Positions 14,295-24,036 are shown, numbered from the stretch's first letter. The stretch: DNA of 64,000 bases from Patescibacteria group bacterium (GCA_018969615.1 JAGWYA010000005.1:1286-65285); one strand, 5' to 3'. Notes: a model not told the origin generated them from the sequence alone. Made by a program: numbers and translations.

Positions 14295-14575
14295 GGGAGG
14301 CACTGTTTACGGGGAAATGCGGCGCCTCAAAAACGCTTCGTAACACCGTAAAGAGATACTCGTTATAATAAGGGTACTGTGAGTGTGGTTATTCACAGCG
14401 CAATGGTTTCTGGAAGATCGCAGCTTAATATATACTAAAGATATAGAGGATTCAGTGTGAGGCTGGATCTAATATACGTATAAGTTGCTGGAAATGAGCA
14501 CCGTTCGACCGGTATTCATTTCCAGCCGCTTGTTCATTTATTAGAGACTCGCTTCACGGCGAGTCTTTATCTTTC
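14295..14575 (+). ncRNA. candidate small non-coding RNA or long 5' leader, bounded by the promoter at 14265 and the terminator at 14543-14575. Contains a strong internal hairpin (14487-14526).
   Basis: Only ORFs of 16 codons or fewer. Hairpin GCTGGAAATGA...TCATTTCCAGC. Terminator agagactcgc-ttcacg-gcgagtcttt plus a T-run. Identity unknown: not RNase P, tmRNA or an obvious SRP RNA. Confidence 0.35.
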
Positions 14576-14745
14576 TCTCAACGATACTTGGAAAAATTAT
14601 TCGGTTTACTAAGGTCGGCCTCGCAAAGCGGGGATGGTAAACGAGGATAATTTTATGAAACGGTTTCCTTATAAAAACGTATTAAAATTTATTAGATTCA
14701 AAAATTCTTCATAGGGTAACGGGTCGAAACGGTACTTTATGGGGA

Positions 14746-17700
14746 ATGGTCAAAAACAAAAGAATTATGAACAAACAATTAATCAGTAAAGTTTCGGTAG
14801 CGTTCGTCTCAGCGGCGACCGTTATCACGATGTCTGGTTTCGGTACGTTGGTGCCGGTTGTGGCACACGGCGTAACGATCGCAGATCTGCAGGCGCAGAT
14901 CGCGGCGTTAACAGCGCAGCTGGCGGCTTTACAGGGTTCGGCTACCACACCGGCGGCGGCAACGTCTTCGGCGGTTCCGGCTGACCTCCTTTCTTCTGGG
15001 GACCTCACCCTCGGCAGCACGGGAGCGGCAGTTATGGATCTGCAGAAGTTCTTGAACGCGAACGGTGCACAGGTTGCGGCGACTGGCGTCGGTTCTTCCG
15101 GCAATGAAACGACTTACTTCGGTTCATTGACCCAGAAGGCTCTCGCAAAGTGGCAGGCAGCTAACGGTATCGCCCCTGCATCCGGATACTTTGGTCCGAT
15201 CACTCGTTCCAAGTTATCTTCGTTGTCTGCGGCAGCTCCGGCTCCGACGACTACGACCACGACGACCACGACTACGACTACGACGACTCCGGCGGCAGCA
15301 GGTACCGGTTTGACCGTGACCTTGGCTCCGTCCCAGCCGGCGGCAAGTTTGGCTCCGAACGGAGCAACCCGCATCCCGCTCACGAAGGTGCAGTTGACTG
15401 CATCGGCTGACGGCGATGTGACGGTCAATGGTTTGACCGTGGAGCGCCAGGGTCTCGCGCAGGATGCTGCACTCAGTGCGGTTATGCTGCTCGATTCGAA
15501 CGGCGTTCAGATGGGTCTGAAGAAGACCTTGAATTCCAACCATCAGGCGGTTGTCGGTGACACCTTTACGGTGAAAGCCGGTACGACCATGACGGTGACG
15601 CTCGCGGCAAACCGCGGGACGACTTCGTCCTATGCAGGTCAGACCTTTGACTTGGCGCTTGTTGGCGTGAACACGACCGCAACGGTCAACGGCGCTCTGC
15701 CGTTGGTCGGTACGACCGATACGATCAACGAATCGTTGACGATCGGTACGGTTACGATGGCAAAGGGTCCGTTGGATCCGGGTGCGAGCCAGACCGAGAA
15801 TATCGGTACGACCGGCTACACCTTCTCCTCAGTGAAAGTCACTGCAGGTTCATCTGAAAAGGTTGACCTTCAGTCCGTCCGCTGGAACCAGACCGGTTCC
15901 GCAGGTTCGGGTGACTTGTCGAACGTAGTGACAGTTGTCGATGGTACTTCGTACCCGACAGTGGTCAGCGCCGATGGCAAGTATTACACGACGACCTTCC
16001 CGGGCACTGGTCTTTCGATCGATAAGGGTTCTTCAAGAGAGGTCTCTATTCGTGGCGATATCTCCGGCGGTTCATCCCGCACGGTTGAGTTCGACCTTGC
16101 GAAATTGACCGACCTTGGCCTTATGGGTGAGACCTTTGGCTACGGCATCACTCCTCCGCAGACCGGTTCCTCGGTTGCGGCGTATGGTGCGGACGCTTTC
16201 AGCTCGTCTGAAGATCCGTGGTTCGCTGGCGCCAAGGTGACGGTTTCTTCCGGTACTATGTCGGTCAGCACCTGGACAGGCGTGCAGGCTCAGAACGTGG
16301 CGATCAACTTGGCTAACCAGCCTTTGGGCGGATGGTCGGTTGACACTAAGGGTGAGCCGATCTCGGTTGGCAGCATGAAGTTCGTACTTCAGGTTAACCA
16401 GACGGGCGCGAACAAGGGCGGCTTGGCTGACTTGACCAACTTGCAGTTGGTTGACCAGACGGGTGCGGTCCTCGCAGGCCCGATCGATGCTACTGGCTCT
16501 GCAAACAATGGTACGATCACCTTCACGGATTCCGTGACGTTCCCGGTTGGTATCACGAACCTTACCCTTGAAGGTAAGCTCGGATCCAACTTCGTGAGCA
16601 ACGATACCGTGAGCGCATCGACGTCTCCGGCTACCGGATGGACTTCCGTCACTGGTCAGACGACCGGTAACGTGATCACTCCGACTGGATCGTCCTTGCA
16701 GTCGCAGAACATGACGGTGAAAGCCGCAGCAGTTTCTTTGAGCGTCTCCTCGGTGCCAATCGCACAGACGGTGATCGCCGGCTCCAACCAGTTCTTGTTC
16801 GCGAACTACCTCATGGACACGACCAGCTCTGGCGAAGATATGCGCTTGACCTCGCTTCCGCTTTACCTCACGGTAGGCGCTGGCGCGGCAACGGATCTCA
16901 CGAACTGCAAGCTGTACAACGGCTCGACGGTTCTGAACTCTGAGCATGTCCTCAATCCGACTGCGGCAGGTGCGAACATCGTTACCTTCGACTCCTCGTT
17001 GACCCTTCCGAAAGGAACGTCCACGACGCTGTCCTTGAAGTGTGACGTGTTGGCGTCCGCGACCGGTAACTACAACTGGGGCTTCCACTCCACGACCGCT
17101 TCCGCGACCGGCTTAACTTCCGGCCAGAGCGTGACGTTGGCAGATGCGAACAACCTCGGTCAGGTGATGACCTCGGCAACAGGCGGTGCGCTTACGGTGG
17201 CATTGGATTCGTCCTCTCCGTCGTATGCGATCGCTTCGCCTGGTCAGACGGTTGAATTGGCTCGTATCAAGTTCAGCGCAAGCAATGAAGATGTGAACCT
17301 TAAACAGGTTGCGCTTCAGTTGACTGGCTCTGCTTCGAACACGATCATCGACCTCGTCGGTCAGCAGGTGACCTTGAACACGGTCAGCGGTACGCAGGTT
17401 GGTACGGCGACGTTCACAAGCGGCGTTACTGCCACTTCGAGCGCCCTTTCCGGCTTCGTCGTTCCGAAGGATGGTTCCGCGGTGTTGGTCGTGAAGGGTA
17501 CGATCGCAGGTATCTCTGCGTCCGGTCCTTTGACCAAGTCCGGCGATCTCCTCAAGATTGACTATGACGGCAACAACACTGGCTTGACTGGTAACTATGG
17601 TACGGGCGTTTCGTCTGGTACTACGGTGACCCCGTCCGGCTCTGATACGGCGTCGAACGGCGTCCGCATCATGAAGTCGTATCCGACGCTTGCGCAGGTT

Positions 17701-18375
17701 GCGCTCACCAGCGGTGAGACGACCCTCGTCAGCGGCGATGCGAAGACCTTGTACAAGTTCCAGGTGACCGCGAATAACGGTGACGTGGCGCTCTACAAGA
17801 TGACCTTCAGCGTTTCGTCCTCGACTGCATCCGGCAGCGACGCTACGACGACCAAATTCGGTCTCTATGCGTTCACTGATTCCGGCTTCAGCACCCCGGA
17901 TGCGAACTTCTCCGGTACGAATAACCCGGGTGGTTTGGTCAACGCAGGCTTCTGCTACAGCGGCCTTGGCTCGAACAGCCATGTCGCTCCGGCAAGCTCC
18001 GCGTTGGGCGCAGGCTCTGCTCTCGTCTCGGTCTATCCGGACCAGACTGGTTGCAACCAGGGTACGACCACGTTGATCGTTCCGGCTGGTCAGTCTCGCT
18101 GGTTCAAGTTGGTAGGCTCCGTCGGTACGCTCGCTCCGTCTGGCACATCTGAAAACATTCAGGTGCAGCTCCAGGGTGATGCGGCGTTCCCGGTGAATGC
18201 TTCCACCTTGATGCAGAAGGCATCCGGCGTGAACGGCGACACCAACAACAACCTCATCTGGTCTCCGATCTCCACAACGACTTCGAACCTCTCGTCTGAT
18301 CTCGATTGGACGAACGGCTTCGGCGTAGTAGGTCTCCCGAGCACCAACATGACGGCTGTCACGTTGAGCAAGTAG
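14746..18375 (+). CDS. very large secreted or cell-surface protein, possibly S-layer-like. It has an N-terminal signal peptide, a peptidoglycan-binding domain (PG_binding_1-like), a poly-Thr linker (T x15), and a long Ser/Thr/Gly-rich beta-rich region.
   Basis: Signal peptide MNKQLISKVSVAFVSAATVITMSG. PGBD-like repeats GSTGAAVMDLQKFL...GYFGSLTQKAL...GYFGPITRSKL. TTTTTTTTTTTTTTT at residues ~165-180. 1209 aa. The real start may be ATG 14767. Confidence 0.85.
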   Translation: MVKNKRIMNKQLISKVSVAFVSAATVITMSGFGTLVPVVAHGVTIADLQAQIAALTAQLAALQGSATTPAAATSSAVPADLLSSGDLTLGSTGAAVMDLQKFLNANGAQVAATGVGSSGNETTYFGSLTQKALAKWQAANGIAPASGYFGPITRSKLSSLSAAAPAPTTTTTTTTTTTTTTPAAAGTGLTVTLAPSQPAASLAPNGATRIPLTKVQLTASADGDVTVNGLTVERQGLAQDAALSAVMLLDSNGVQMGLKKTLNSNHQAVVGDTFTVKAGTTMTVTLAANRGTTSSYAGQTFDLALVGVNTTATVNGALPLVGTTDTINESLTIGTVTMAKGPLDPGASQTENIGTTGYTFSSVKVTAGSSEKVDLQSVRWNQTGSAGSGDLSNVVTVVDGTSYPTVVSADGKYYTTTFPGTGLSIDKGSSREVSIRGDISGGSSRTVEFDLAKLTDLGLMGETFGYGITPPQTGSSVAAYGADAFSSSEDPWFAGAKVTVSSGTMSVSTWTGVQAQNVAINLANQPLGGWSVDTKGEPISVGSMKFVLQVNQTGANKGGLADLTNLQLVDQTGAVLAGPIDATGSANNGTITFTDSVTFPVGITNLTLEGKLGSNFVSNDTVSASTSPATGWTSVTGQTTGNVITPTGSSLQSQNMTVKAAAVSLSVSSVPIAQTVIAGSNQFLFANYLMDTTSSGEDMRLTSLPLYLTVGAGAATDLTNCKLYNGSTVLNSEHVLNPTAAGANIVTFDSSLTLPKGTSTTLSLKCDVLASATGNYNWGFHSTTASATGLTSGQSVTLADANNLGQVMTSATGGALTVALDSSSPSYAIASPGQTVELARIKFSASNEDVNLKQVALQLTGSASNTIIDLVGQQVTLNTVSGTQVGTATFTSGVTATSSALSGFVVPKDGSAVLVVKGTIAGISASGPLTKSGDLLKIDYDGNNTGLTGNYGTGVSSGTTVTPSGSDTASNGVRIMKSYPTLAQVALTSGETTLVSGDAKTLYKFQVTANNGDVALYKMTFSVSSSTASGSDATTTKFGLYAFTDSGFSTPDANFSGTNNPGGLVNAGFCYSGLGSNSHVAPASSALGAGSALVSVYPDQTGCNQGTTTLIVPAGQSRWFKLVGSVGTLAPSGTSENIQVQLQGDAAFPVNASTLMQKASGVNGDTNNNLIWSPISTTTSNLSSDLDWTNGFGVVGLPSTNMTAVTLSK

Positions 18376-18404
18376 TTTTCAGAGCTTGAGACTCTGAAAG
18401 CTTA

Positions 18405-18446
18405 ACCAAAACCCCTCCCTTGTGGAGGGGTTTTTGGTTTCCTTAT
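18405..18446 (+). terminator. rho-independent terminator after the surface-protein gene
   Basis: Stem aaccaaaacccctccc/gggaggggtttttggtt with loop ttgt, followed by a T-run. Confidence 0.8.
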
Positions 18447-18492
18447 TTTTTTTTACTTCTATGGAGGGCGGCCAGAAATAACTATTGCTTTT

Positions 18493-18551
18493 GATCCTGA
18501 TCCTCTCGCGGCAGCACTGGGGTCTTACGCTGCCTTAAGAGGATCAGGATC
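18493..18551. repeat. hairpin family 2 member (d): outer stem GATCCTGATCCTCT/AGAGGATCAGGATC, inner stem GGCAGC/GCTGCC. Loop ACTGGGGTCTTAC, reverse complement GTAAGACCCCAGT.
   Basis: Inverted repeats with a small internal bulge. 13-nt conserved loop in minus orientation. Confidence 0.65.
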
Positions 18552-18578
18552 CTTGCCCGGAGAACTCGTAGAGGGAGA

Positions 18579-18631
18579 AGCAGATCATTTTTTATAACGT
18601 AAGAACCCGGTGTTATAAAAAATGATCTGCT
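18579..18631. repeat. hairpin family 2 member (c): perfect 20-bp stem AGCAGATCATTTTTTATAAC/GTTATAAAAAATGATCTGCT. Loop GTAAGAACCCGGT.
   Basis: Perfect inverted repeat. 13-nt conserved loop. It is oriented opposite to member (d), which lies 28 nt upstream. The (a)/(b) pair at 2923-3052 has the same arrangement. Confidence 0.75.
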
Positions 18632-18687
18632 GCTCACCTGAGCGCTTTGTGGAATTTAAGTACCACTTTTGGTACTATGTTTTAGTT

Positions 18688-20394
18688 ATGCTGGAACGCC
18701 TCAAAACTTATCTGACTGCCCGGAACCTTTTGATCGCCGTATTGGTGTTCGGTTCGCTGATCCGATTCTGGGGCGTGGGAACCGCGGAGATCTTCAATGA
18801 CGAAGGGTTCTACGCGTTCCGTTCGATCGGCTATCTGGATTACATCCAGAACGTCAGCCAGACGACCCCGATCCAGTGGTTTCAGAATACGGTAATGCCG
18901 TGGTGGACGCATTTGTCGTTCCATGACGTCCCGCCGCTGTTCTTCATGGTGCAGCATTATTTCTTTATGCTGTTCGGCGATTCGCTGTTGGTCGCGCGGC
19001 TCCCGTCGCTTCTCGCCGGGATCGGGACGCTGCTGCTGATGTATTATATCGGGAAACGATTGTTCCAAAATGAATACGCCGGCGTGCTCGCCGCGGCGCT
19101 TCTGGCGGTGAGCAATATGCATATCTGGATCTCGCGTTCGTCGCTGATCGAAGGATTGGAGGTGTTCATCATCGCGGGTGCGATCCTGATCTTTTTGCAT
19201 TTTTTGGAGGACCGGAAAAAATGGTGGCCGTGGCTGGGAGTTGCGTTGGGCGCCGCCGCGCTGACCAAATACACCGCCGTGTTCATCGTGCCGGTGTTTT
19301 TGATCGTTCTGCTGATGCGCGACCGGAAGCTGCTTCTGGCGGGCGAGTTCTGGTATGCAGTGGTGCTTGCGGCGATCCTGTTCTCGCCGGTGATCGTCTA
19401 TAACATTGAGATGTATCATGCGGTCGGTCATTTTGATCTTCAGTTCGCGTATCTGTTTCATCAGGCGACCCCGGAGTGGCAGGCGTCGCTCGGAAAGGTC
19501 CAGGACCCGTTCGGGAATATCGGGAGCAATCTTTTGGCGATGTATTCGATCCCGTTCCTGGTGCTGGCGTTCGGCGGATTCGTACTCGGCCTCGTGGAAT
19601 GGTTTAAAAAGAAAAGCGGCGTTGCGCAGATGCTTCAGGCGGCCGAGTCGTATCTGGGCATTGGTGATCACGGAAATGAATGGGCTCCGCTTGCGGTCAG
19701 CGCGGTGATCCTGATCACGCTCATGCTGGTGGCGGTGGGGTCGGCCTACCGGTTCCTGGCGCTCTACAGCATCTTTTTTGTGATCCTGGCGGTCGCAGCG
19801 CTCTGGGAACTTCGGAAGATCGATGATATCCGGGGATGGTTCGTACTGATCGTGATCGCGCTTTTGGCATACCAATTATATTTTGCGATCGACGGCATTT
19901 TCATGACTTTCCCGGATTTCGGTATCGTGAAGCTCGATGCGTATTTTTCTCAGGGGTTTAACGGGATGCGCTCGGCCGATCCGCCGCAGTCGTCGAATCC
20001 TCATTTGGAACAGGTGATCAAGGATAATCTTTCGTTGGTACCGGCAAGTTCGACGCCGTTCATGATCGTCTATGATGAGAACGTCGCCTTGTCCGCGCGG
20101 CTGTGGCTGTTCACGCGGCGGATCTATTACCACGGCATTTCGGCGGTGACGACGGGGCAGTTCAAGTCATTGCTTCAGTCGAACCAGGCGGCGCTCAAGG
20201 GGATCACGGTCTATTTCGTGAAAGCGAGCCAATACACCTCGCTCAATCCGTATTTAAGCGTTCCCGATGCCTCTGATCTTACAGCATTCCTGACCGCTCC
20301 TTCGGCGAACGGGGGGTTGGGTCTTACGCCGGCGGCAACGATCACCGGATATGACGGATTGCCGATGTTCACGGTCTATAAGTTCACGATGTAA
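18688..20394 (+). CDS. GT-C membrane glycosyltransferase. ArnT/PMT-like, family GT39/GT83: a dolichyl/undecaprenyl-phosphate-sugar-dependent transferase.
   Basis: About 11 TM helices. Conserved first-loop acidic motif (IFNDEGFYAFRS). Large C-terminal periplasmic domain. Start trimmed to MLERLKTYL (18688), because the track ORF start overlaps hairpin (c). Confidence 0.82.
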   Translation: MLERLKTYLTARNLLIAVLVFGSLIRFWGVGTAEIFNDEGFYAFRSIGYLDYIQNVSQTTPIQWFQNTVMPWWTHLSFHDVPPLFFMVQHYFFMLFGDSLLVARLPSLLAGIGTLLLMYYIGKRLFQNEYAGVLAAALLAVSNMHIWISRSSLIEGLEVFIIAGAILIFLHFLEDRKKWWPWLGVALGAAALTKYTAVFIVPVFLIVLLMRDRKLLLAGEFWYAVVLAAILFSPVIVYNIEMYHAVGHFDLQFAYLFHQATPEWQASLGKVQDPFGNIGSNLLAMYSIPFLVLAFGGFVLGLVEWFKKKSGVAQMLQAAESYLGIGDHGNEWAPLAVSAVILITLMLVAVGSAYRFLALYSIFFVILAVAALWELRKIDDIRGWFVLIVIALLAYQLYFAIDGIFMTFPDFGIVKLDAYFSQGFNGMRSADPPQSSNPHLEQVIKDNLSLVPASSTPFMIVYDENVALSARLWLFTRRIYYHGISAVTTGQFKSLLQSNQAALKGITVYFVKASQYTSLNPYLSVPDASDLTAFLTAPSANGGLGLTPAATITGYDGLPMFTVYKFTM

Positions 20395-20400
20395 GGATTC

Positions 20401-20475
20401 CCTTTGACTCCTTTGACGGAATTTTTTGCTTTTTACGTTTGACATTCGACATTCAGACTTTTGACTATTTCGTGT
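20401..20475 (+). repeat. intergenic heptamer/octamer tract cluster: CCTTTGAC TCCTTTGAC ... ACGTTTGAC ATTCGAC ATTCAGAC TTTTGAC
   Basis: Direct reading. Same NTTYGAC family as the other six loci. Confidence 0.8.
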
Positions 20476-20489
20476 GTTATACTAACAGT

Positions 20490-21515
20490 ATGAAAAAAGC
20501 ACTTTTGTTCGCGGGAAGTCTGGGGTTGGTTTTTACGCTGGTCGGCATTGCATCGGCGGCATCGTTCGGGCGAGATCTGACGATCGGTTCGCAGGGAACT
20601 GATGTAACAGACCTTCAGAACTTTTTGACGCAGCAAGGCGTATATACAGGTCCGGTAACCGGGTATTTCGGCCCACTGACTCAGGAAGGCGTGAAGAAGT
20701 TCCAGGAAGCGCATCAGATCACACCGGTCGCCGGCTACTTCGGACCGCTGACGCGCTCGGCGGCGAATGGATTGCTCGGCGTTTCGCAGGCCGCTTCTGT
20801 TGTTTCCGCGGCTCCGGCTGCCTCGGCTGCTTCTTCGCAACTTGATACGGTTGCGGCTCTTTTAAAGCAGCTGCAGGCACTGAAGGATGAGCTTGCGGGA
20901 TTGACCGCTGCGGCTCCGGCGCCCGCTGCAACAACGACCCCCGCGGTTCCCGCGGTAACGCCGGCGACTACGACTCCTGTGACTGCGGTAGCGACCGCAA
21001 CACCGGCGGTTACGGCCTCATCTCTTCCGAATCCGTTTACGAGCCCGATGACGATCGTTTCCGATTATCCGTCCCGGACGCTCAGCTCTTATACCTCCGC
21101 CATTCTCAATGAATATGTTTTGAGCGGGGCACCCGAGAAAGTGGCGATCACAAAATTGCGCGTGACGAATGTCGGAACGTTCAGCGATATCTATATTAAC
21201 GAGTTGGCGTTGTCCAACAGTTTGACCGGGCAGGTGCTGGCGACGACCGGCGCGCCGGTGGACGGCGTAGCGGAGTTCGTGATGACGCCGGATGCGAGCA
21301 AGCCGGATAAGGGCGTGATGGTCTCGGGTGGGATCTATACGATCACGGGTGCGCTGCGGACGCCAAATATCGGGGGAACGAAGCCGTATCTCGAATTGGA
21401 TGTCGCATCATCCACTGACGTCACTGCGGTTGATTACGCGACGCTGTCGCGCACAGCCGACCTGGGGGGATCGAATGCGTTCCCGATCATCGGTCCGCGG
21501 ATCTCGGCTTTTTAG
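20490..21515 (+). CDS. secreted protein with an N-terminal signal peptide, a peptidoglycan-binding domain, an Ala/Pro/Thr-rich linker and a C-terminal domain
   Basis: MKKALLFAGSLGLVFTLVGIASA. PGBD repeats (GTDVTDLQNFL...GYFGPLTQEGVKKFQ...GYFGPLTRSAANGLL). A and PAT-rich linker. The start is trimmed to ATG 20490, since the track start translates the heptamer repeats. Confidence 0.8.
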   Translation: MKKALLFAGSLGLVFTLVGIASAASFGRDLTIGSQGTDVTDLQNFLTQQGVYTGPVTGYFGPLTQEGVKKFQEAHQITPVAGYFGPLTRSAANGLLGVSQAASVVSAAPAASAASSQLDTVAALLKQLQALKDELAGLTAAAPAPAATTTPAVPAVTPATTTPVTAVATATPAVTASSLPNPFTSPMTIVSDYPSRTLSSYTSAILNEYVLSGAPEKVAITKLRVTNVGTFSDIYINELALSNSLTGQVLATTGAPVDGVAEFVMTPDASKPDKGVMVSGGIYTITGALRTPNIGGTKPYLELDVASSTDVTAVDYATLSRTADLGGSNAFPIIGPRISAF

Positions 21516-21572
21516 CTCTGGTCAGCCTGGCTCGGATTCGGTATACTGAAAAACAAATACTATTTTATTTTT

Positions 21573-22346
21573 ATGAAAAAAGTCATCGGATTAGTGGTGG
21601 GTGTCGCAGTGCTTGCGTTGGTTATTGTGGGGGTGAGGTATGAGATGGATCGCGGAAGCCGTTGGGCGCAGCCGTCTCCGGAAGAAGCAGTGGTTGCTAC
21701 GACGACGCCGCAGACTGCGGCGACCTCAACCCCGGCAACAGGGGATGATGCCGCATTGCAGGCGGAGGCAGCCCTGCTTTTGGATCAGCCCGCGACCGTC
21801 GACCCTTCTTTAAATCTATCTGACTCGGTGCAGCAGATGGCGCTTCAGAAGATCAAGGATTCGACCGATATGCTCCGCGCGAACTATAACTATGCGAATC
21901 CGTGGTATGACCTGAGCGCGTATCGCCGGATGATCGGAGATTACAACGGCGCGATCGATGACCTCTTGTTCGTGACGAAGATCCGTCCGGATGACTTCGT
22001 TTCGCTTCATGACTTGGGTGATATCTATGCATTCCTGAAGGATTATCCGAAGGCGGAATCGTATTACCTTGCCTCGATCAGTAAGAATCCTCAGAACAGT
22101 GATGCGTATGTGGCGCTTGCGGCGATCTATCAGTACAATGACACGGCGAACGCTTCGCAGATCGTTCCGCTGCTCCAAAAAGGGATCGCGGCGGATCCGA
22201 AAGACGCACGATTACTGATCACGCTGGGAGAATATGAAAAGAGTATTGGCAACACCGCCGAGGCAAAGACTTATTTGAACAAAGCATTGGCGCTGGATCC
22301 GTCCAATACATCTCTCCAGCAGGAGGTCGCCGCGCTTGGCCAATAG
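21573..22346 (+). CDS. membrane-anchored TPR-repeat protein
   Basis: N-terminal TM (VIGLVVGVAVLALVIVGV), followed by several TPR-like repeats (…AYVALAAIYQYNDTANA…AEAKTYLNKALALDP). Confidence 0.78.
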   Translation: MKKVIGLVVGVAVLALVIVGVRYEMDRGSRWAQPSPEEAVVATTTPQTAATSTPATGDDAALQAEAALLLDQPATVDPSLNLSDSVQQMALQKIKDSTDMLRANYNYANPWYDLSAYRRMIGDYNGAIDDLLFVTKIRPDDFVSLHDLGDIYAFLKDYPKAESYYLASISKNPQNSDAYVALAAIYQYNDTANASQIVPLLQKGIAADPKDARLLITLGEYEKSIGNTAEAKTYLNKALALDPSNTSLQQEVAALGQ

Positions 22347-24036
22347 GCGACCGGCTATGCGTACGTGGTTCAGGCCGAAATATGTGCTGATCGCGATCCT
22401 CGCGGTTGCCTTTGCGTTGCGGTTATGGGGGATCGGGAATACGGATATGCTCGGCGATGAAGCGGCTGATGCGTTCCGATCCGTCGGGTATATCGATTAT
22501 CTTGGAACGAGCGCCCAAACGCAGCCGATCGATTGGTTTAAGGATTCTCCGACGCTTCCCGCCTGGACCTCGCTGTCGTTCCATGATGATCCGCCGCTGG
22601 GATTCATGGTCCAGCATTCATTCTTTGCGTTCTTCGGCGATTCATCGACAACCGCGCGTCTCCCGGCGGTTCTTTTTGGTACGCTGGCGGTTTGGCTGCT
22701 CTATGAGATCGCTAAAAAATTGCTCGTGCGCGACCATCGCGGAAGAGATGATCTGTTGTCCGGCAATGCCGTCGAAGGCATCGCGCTTCTCGCGGCGGGA
22801 CTGTATGCGATCGAACCGGCGACAGTGGGTATTTTCCGGACTGCGCTTTTGGAGCCGATCCTCATTTTTTTCGTACTACTGAACCTTTGGTGTTTTCTGA
22901 AGTTCGTTGAGGACCGCCGCTGGTGGTGGCCGTTCGGATTGACCCTGGGAGCGGTTGCGCTGACCAAATATACGGGCGTATTCCTGGTGCCGCTGTATGC
23001 GCTGTACCTTTTTCTGTATGATCGGAAGTTGTTCCGGAGCTGGCGTTTGTATGCGGCGCTTTTGCTGACGGTCATTCTGTTCTCGCCGGTGATCATCTAT
23101 AACGCCCAGCTGTTTCAGGCGCGCGGCCATTTCGATCTGCAGTTCGCCTATCTGCTGCATCAGGCAACGCCCGAATGGACCGGTCTCATCGGGAAAACAC
23201 AGGCGCCGTTCTCGGCGATCATTCCGAATCTGATCACATCCTACGGGATCCCGTTCCTTGCAATGGCGCTTGCCGGTCTTGTCATCGCAGGGATCTGGTA
23301 TCGGAAATATCGCAGACAGGGGATGCTCTTTGTGCTTGCCTATGTTTTATTCTTGGGGCTGCTGTTGGTAAAGATCGGTTCGGCATCCCGTTTTCTGGCG
23401 ATGCTGGGACCTGCGTTTGTGATCCTTGCGGCCATCGCGTTATGGTCTCTGGCCGTGTTTCCGCGCGTTTCGCGTACCGGCCGGTACGCGCTGGTGCTTG
23501 CGGCGGCGCTCTTTATGGCTTATGAGGCGGGCGTTGCGATCGACCGGAATATCGTTTCCTATCCATCGTATGGCGTTGCGGGATTGGACAACTATTTCTC
23601 GCAGCAATTCAGCGGTATTGAGTCTGCGGTCATTCCGGAGGCCGATAATGTGCATCTGACGGCGATCACTAAGGAGTTCGCGGCAAAGAAATCAGCGATC
23701 GCGCCGCGGAAATTGGTGATGATCGTGTATAACGACCAGATAGCCCTTCCGACATTGGAATGGGTGTTCTATCGCCGTTTCTTCTATCATTCGATCCCGA
23801 CGATGTATGTGCAGAACTTTGAAAGCGCTTTGAAAGCGAATCCGACGCAGTTCAATGGTTTTACCGTTTATTTCGTGCAAACGACGCCGCATACCCTTTT
23901 GGACCCGTTCCGGGCGAACGATACGGCCGGCGATGCGTTTGAGCAGCAGGTCATCGCCAACGGCGTGCAGCCGGACGCGGTCATTTACGGCACCGGCCAT
24001 CAGGAAATGTTCCGCGTATACAAGTTTACACTGTAG
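22336..24036 (+). CDS. GT-C membrane glycosyltransferase. ArnT/PMT-like GT39/GT83, a paralogue of the gene at 18688..20394.
   Basis: Same architecture and first-loop motif (MLGDEAADAFRS). Shares many conserved blocks with the 18688 protein (e.g. HFDLQFAYL.HQATPEW, VYKFT). The start may be the Met at 22357. Confidence 0.82.
   Translation: MANRRPAMRTWFRPKYVLIAILAVAFALRLWGIGNTDMLGDEAADAFRSVGYIDYLGTSAQTQPIDWFKDSPTLPAWTSLSFHDDPPLGFMVQHSFFAFFGDSSTTARLPAVLFGTLAVWLLYEIAKKLLVRDHRGRDDLLSGNAVEGIALLAAGLYAIEPATVGIFRTALLEPILIFFVLLNLWCFLKFVEDRRWWWPFGLTLGAVALTKYTGVFLVPLYALYLFLYDRKLFRSWRLYAALLLTVILFSPVIIYNAQLFQARGHFDLQFAYLLHQATPEWTGLIGKTQAPFSAIIPNLITSYGIPFLAMALAGLVIAGIWYRKYRRQGMLFVLAYVLFLGLLLVKIGSASRFLAMLGPAFVILAAIALWSLAVFPRVSRTGRYALVLAAALFMAYEAGVAIDRNIVSYPSYGVAGLDNYFSQQFSGIESAVIPEADNVHLTAITKEFAAKKSAIAPRKLVMIVYNDQIALPTLEWVFYRRFFYHSIPTMYVQNFESALKANPTQFNGFTVYFVQTTPHTLLDPFRANDTAGDAFEQQVIANGVQPDAVIYGTGHQEMFRVYKFTL

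Noticed and set aside
14290-14580. Considered RNase P RNA, tmRNA or SRP RNA for the promoter-terminator unit
   Set aside because: None of the universally conserved motifs could be found by eye: the RNase P GGAAAGUCCGGGCUCC..AGGGUGAAA motif, the tmRNA tRNA-like ends and tag ORF, or the SRP domain-IV GGAAGGAAGCAGC. It is left as an unclassified candidate ncRNA.
16072-17982. Two long minus-strand ORFs (338 and 289 aa) inside the surface-protein gene
   Set aside because: They are antisense to the 1209-aa Ser/Thr-rich gene. Their Arg/Gly-rich composition is driven by the GC-rich repetitive sense strand.
18682-19875. 397-aa minus-strand ORF
   Set aside because: Antisense to the GT39-like gene. 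Arg/Asp/His-rich low complexity.
20439-20489. Track ORF start MTFDIQTFDYF for the secreted PGBD protein
   Set aside because: These codons are a translation of the heptamer repeat tract. The signal peptide starts at MKKALLFAG (20490).
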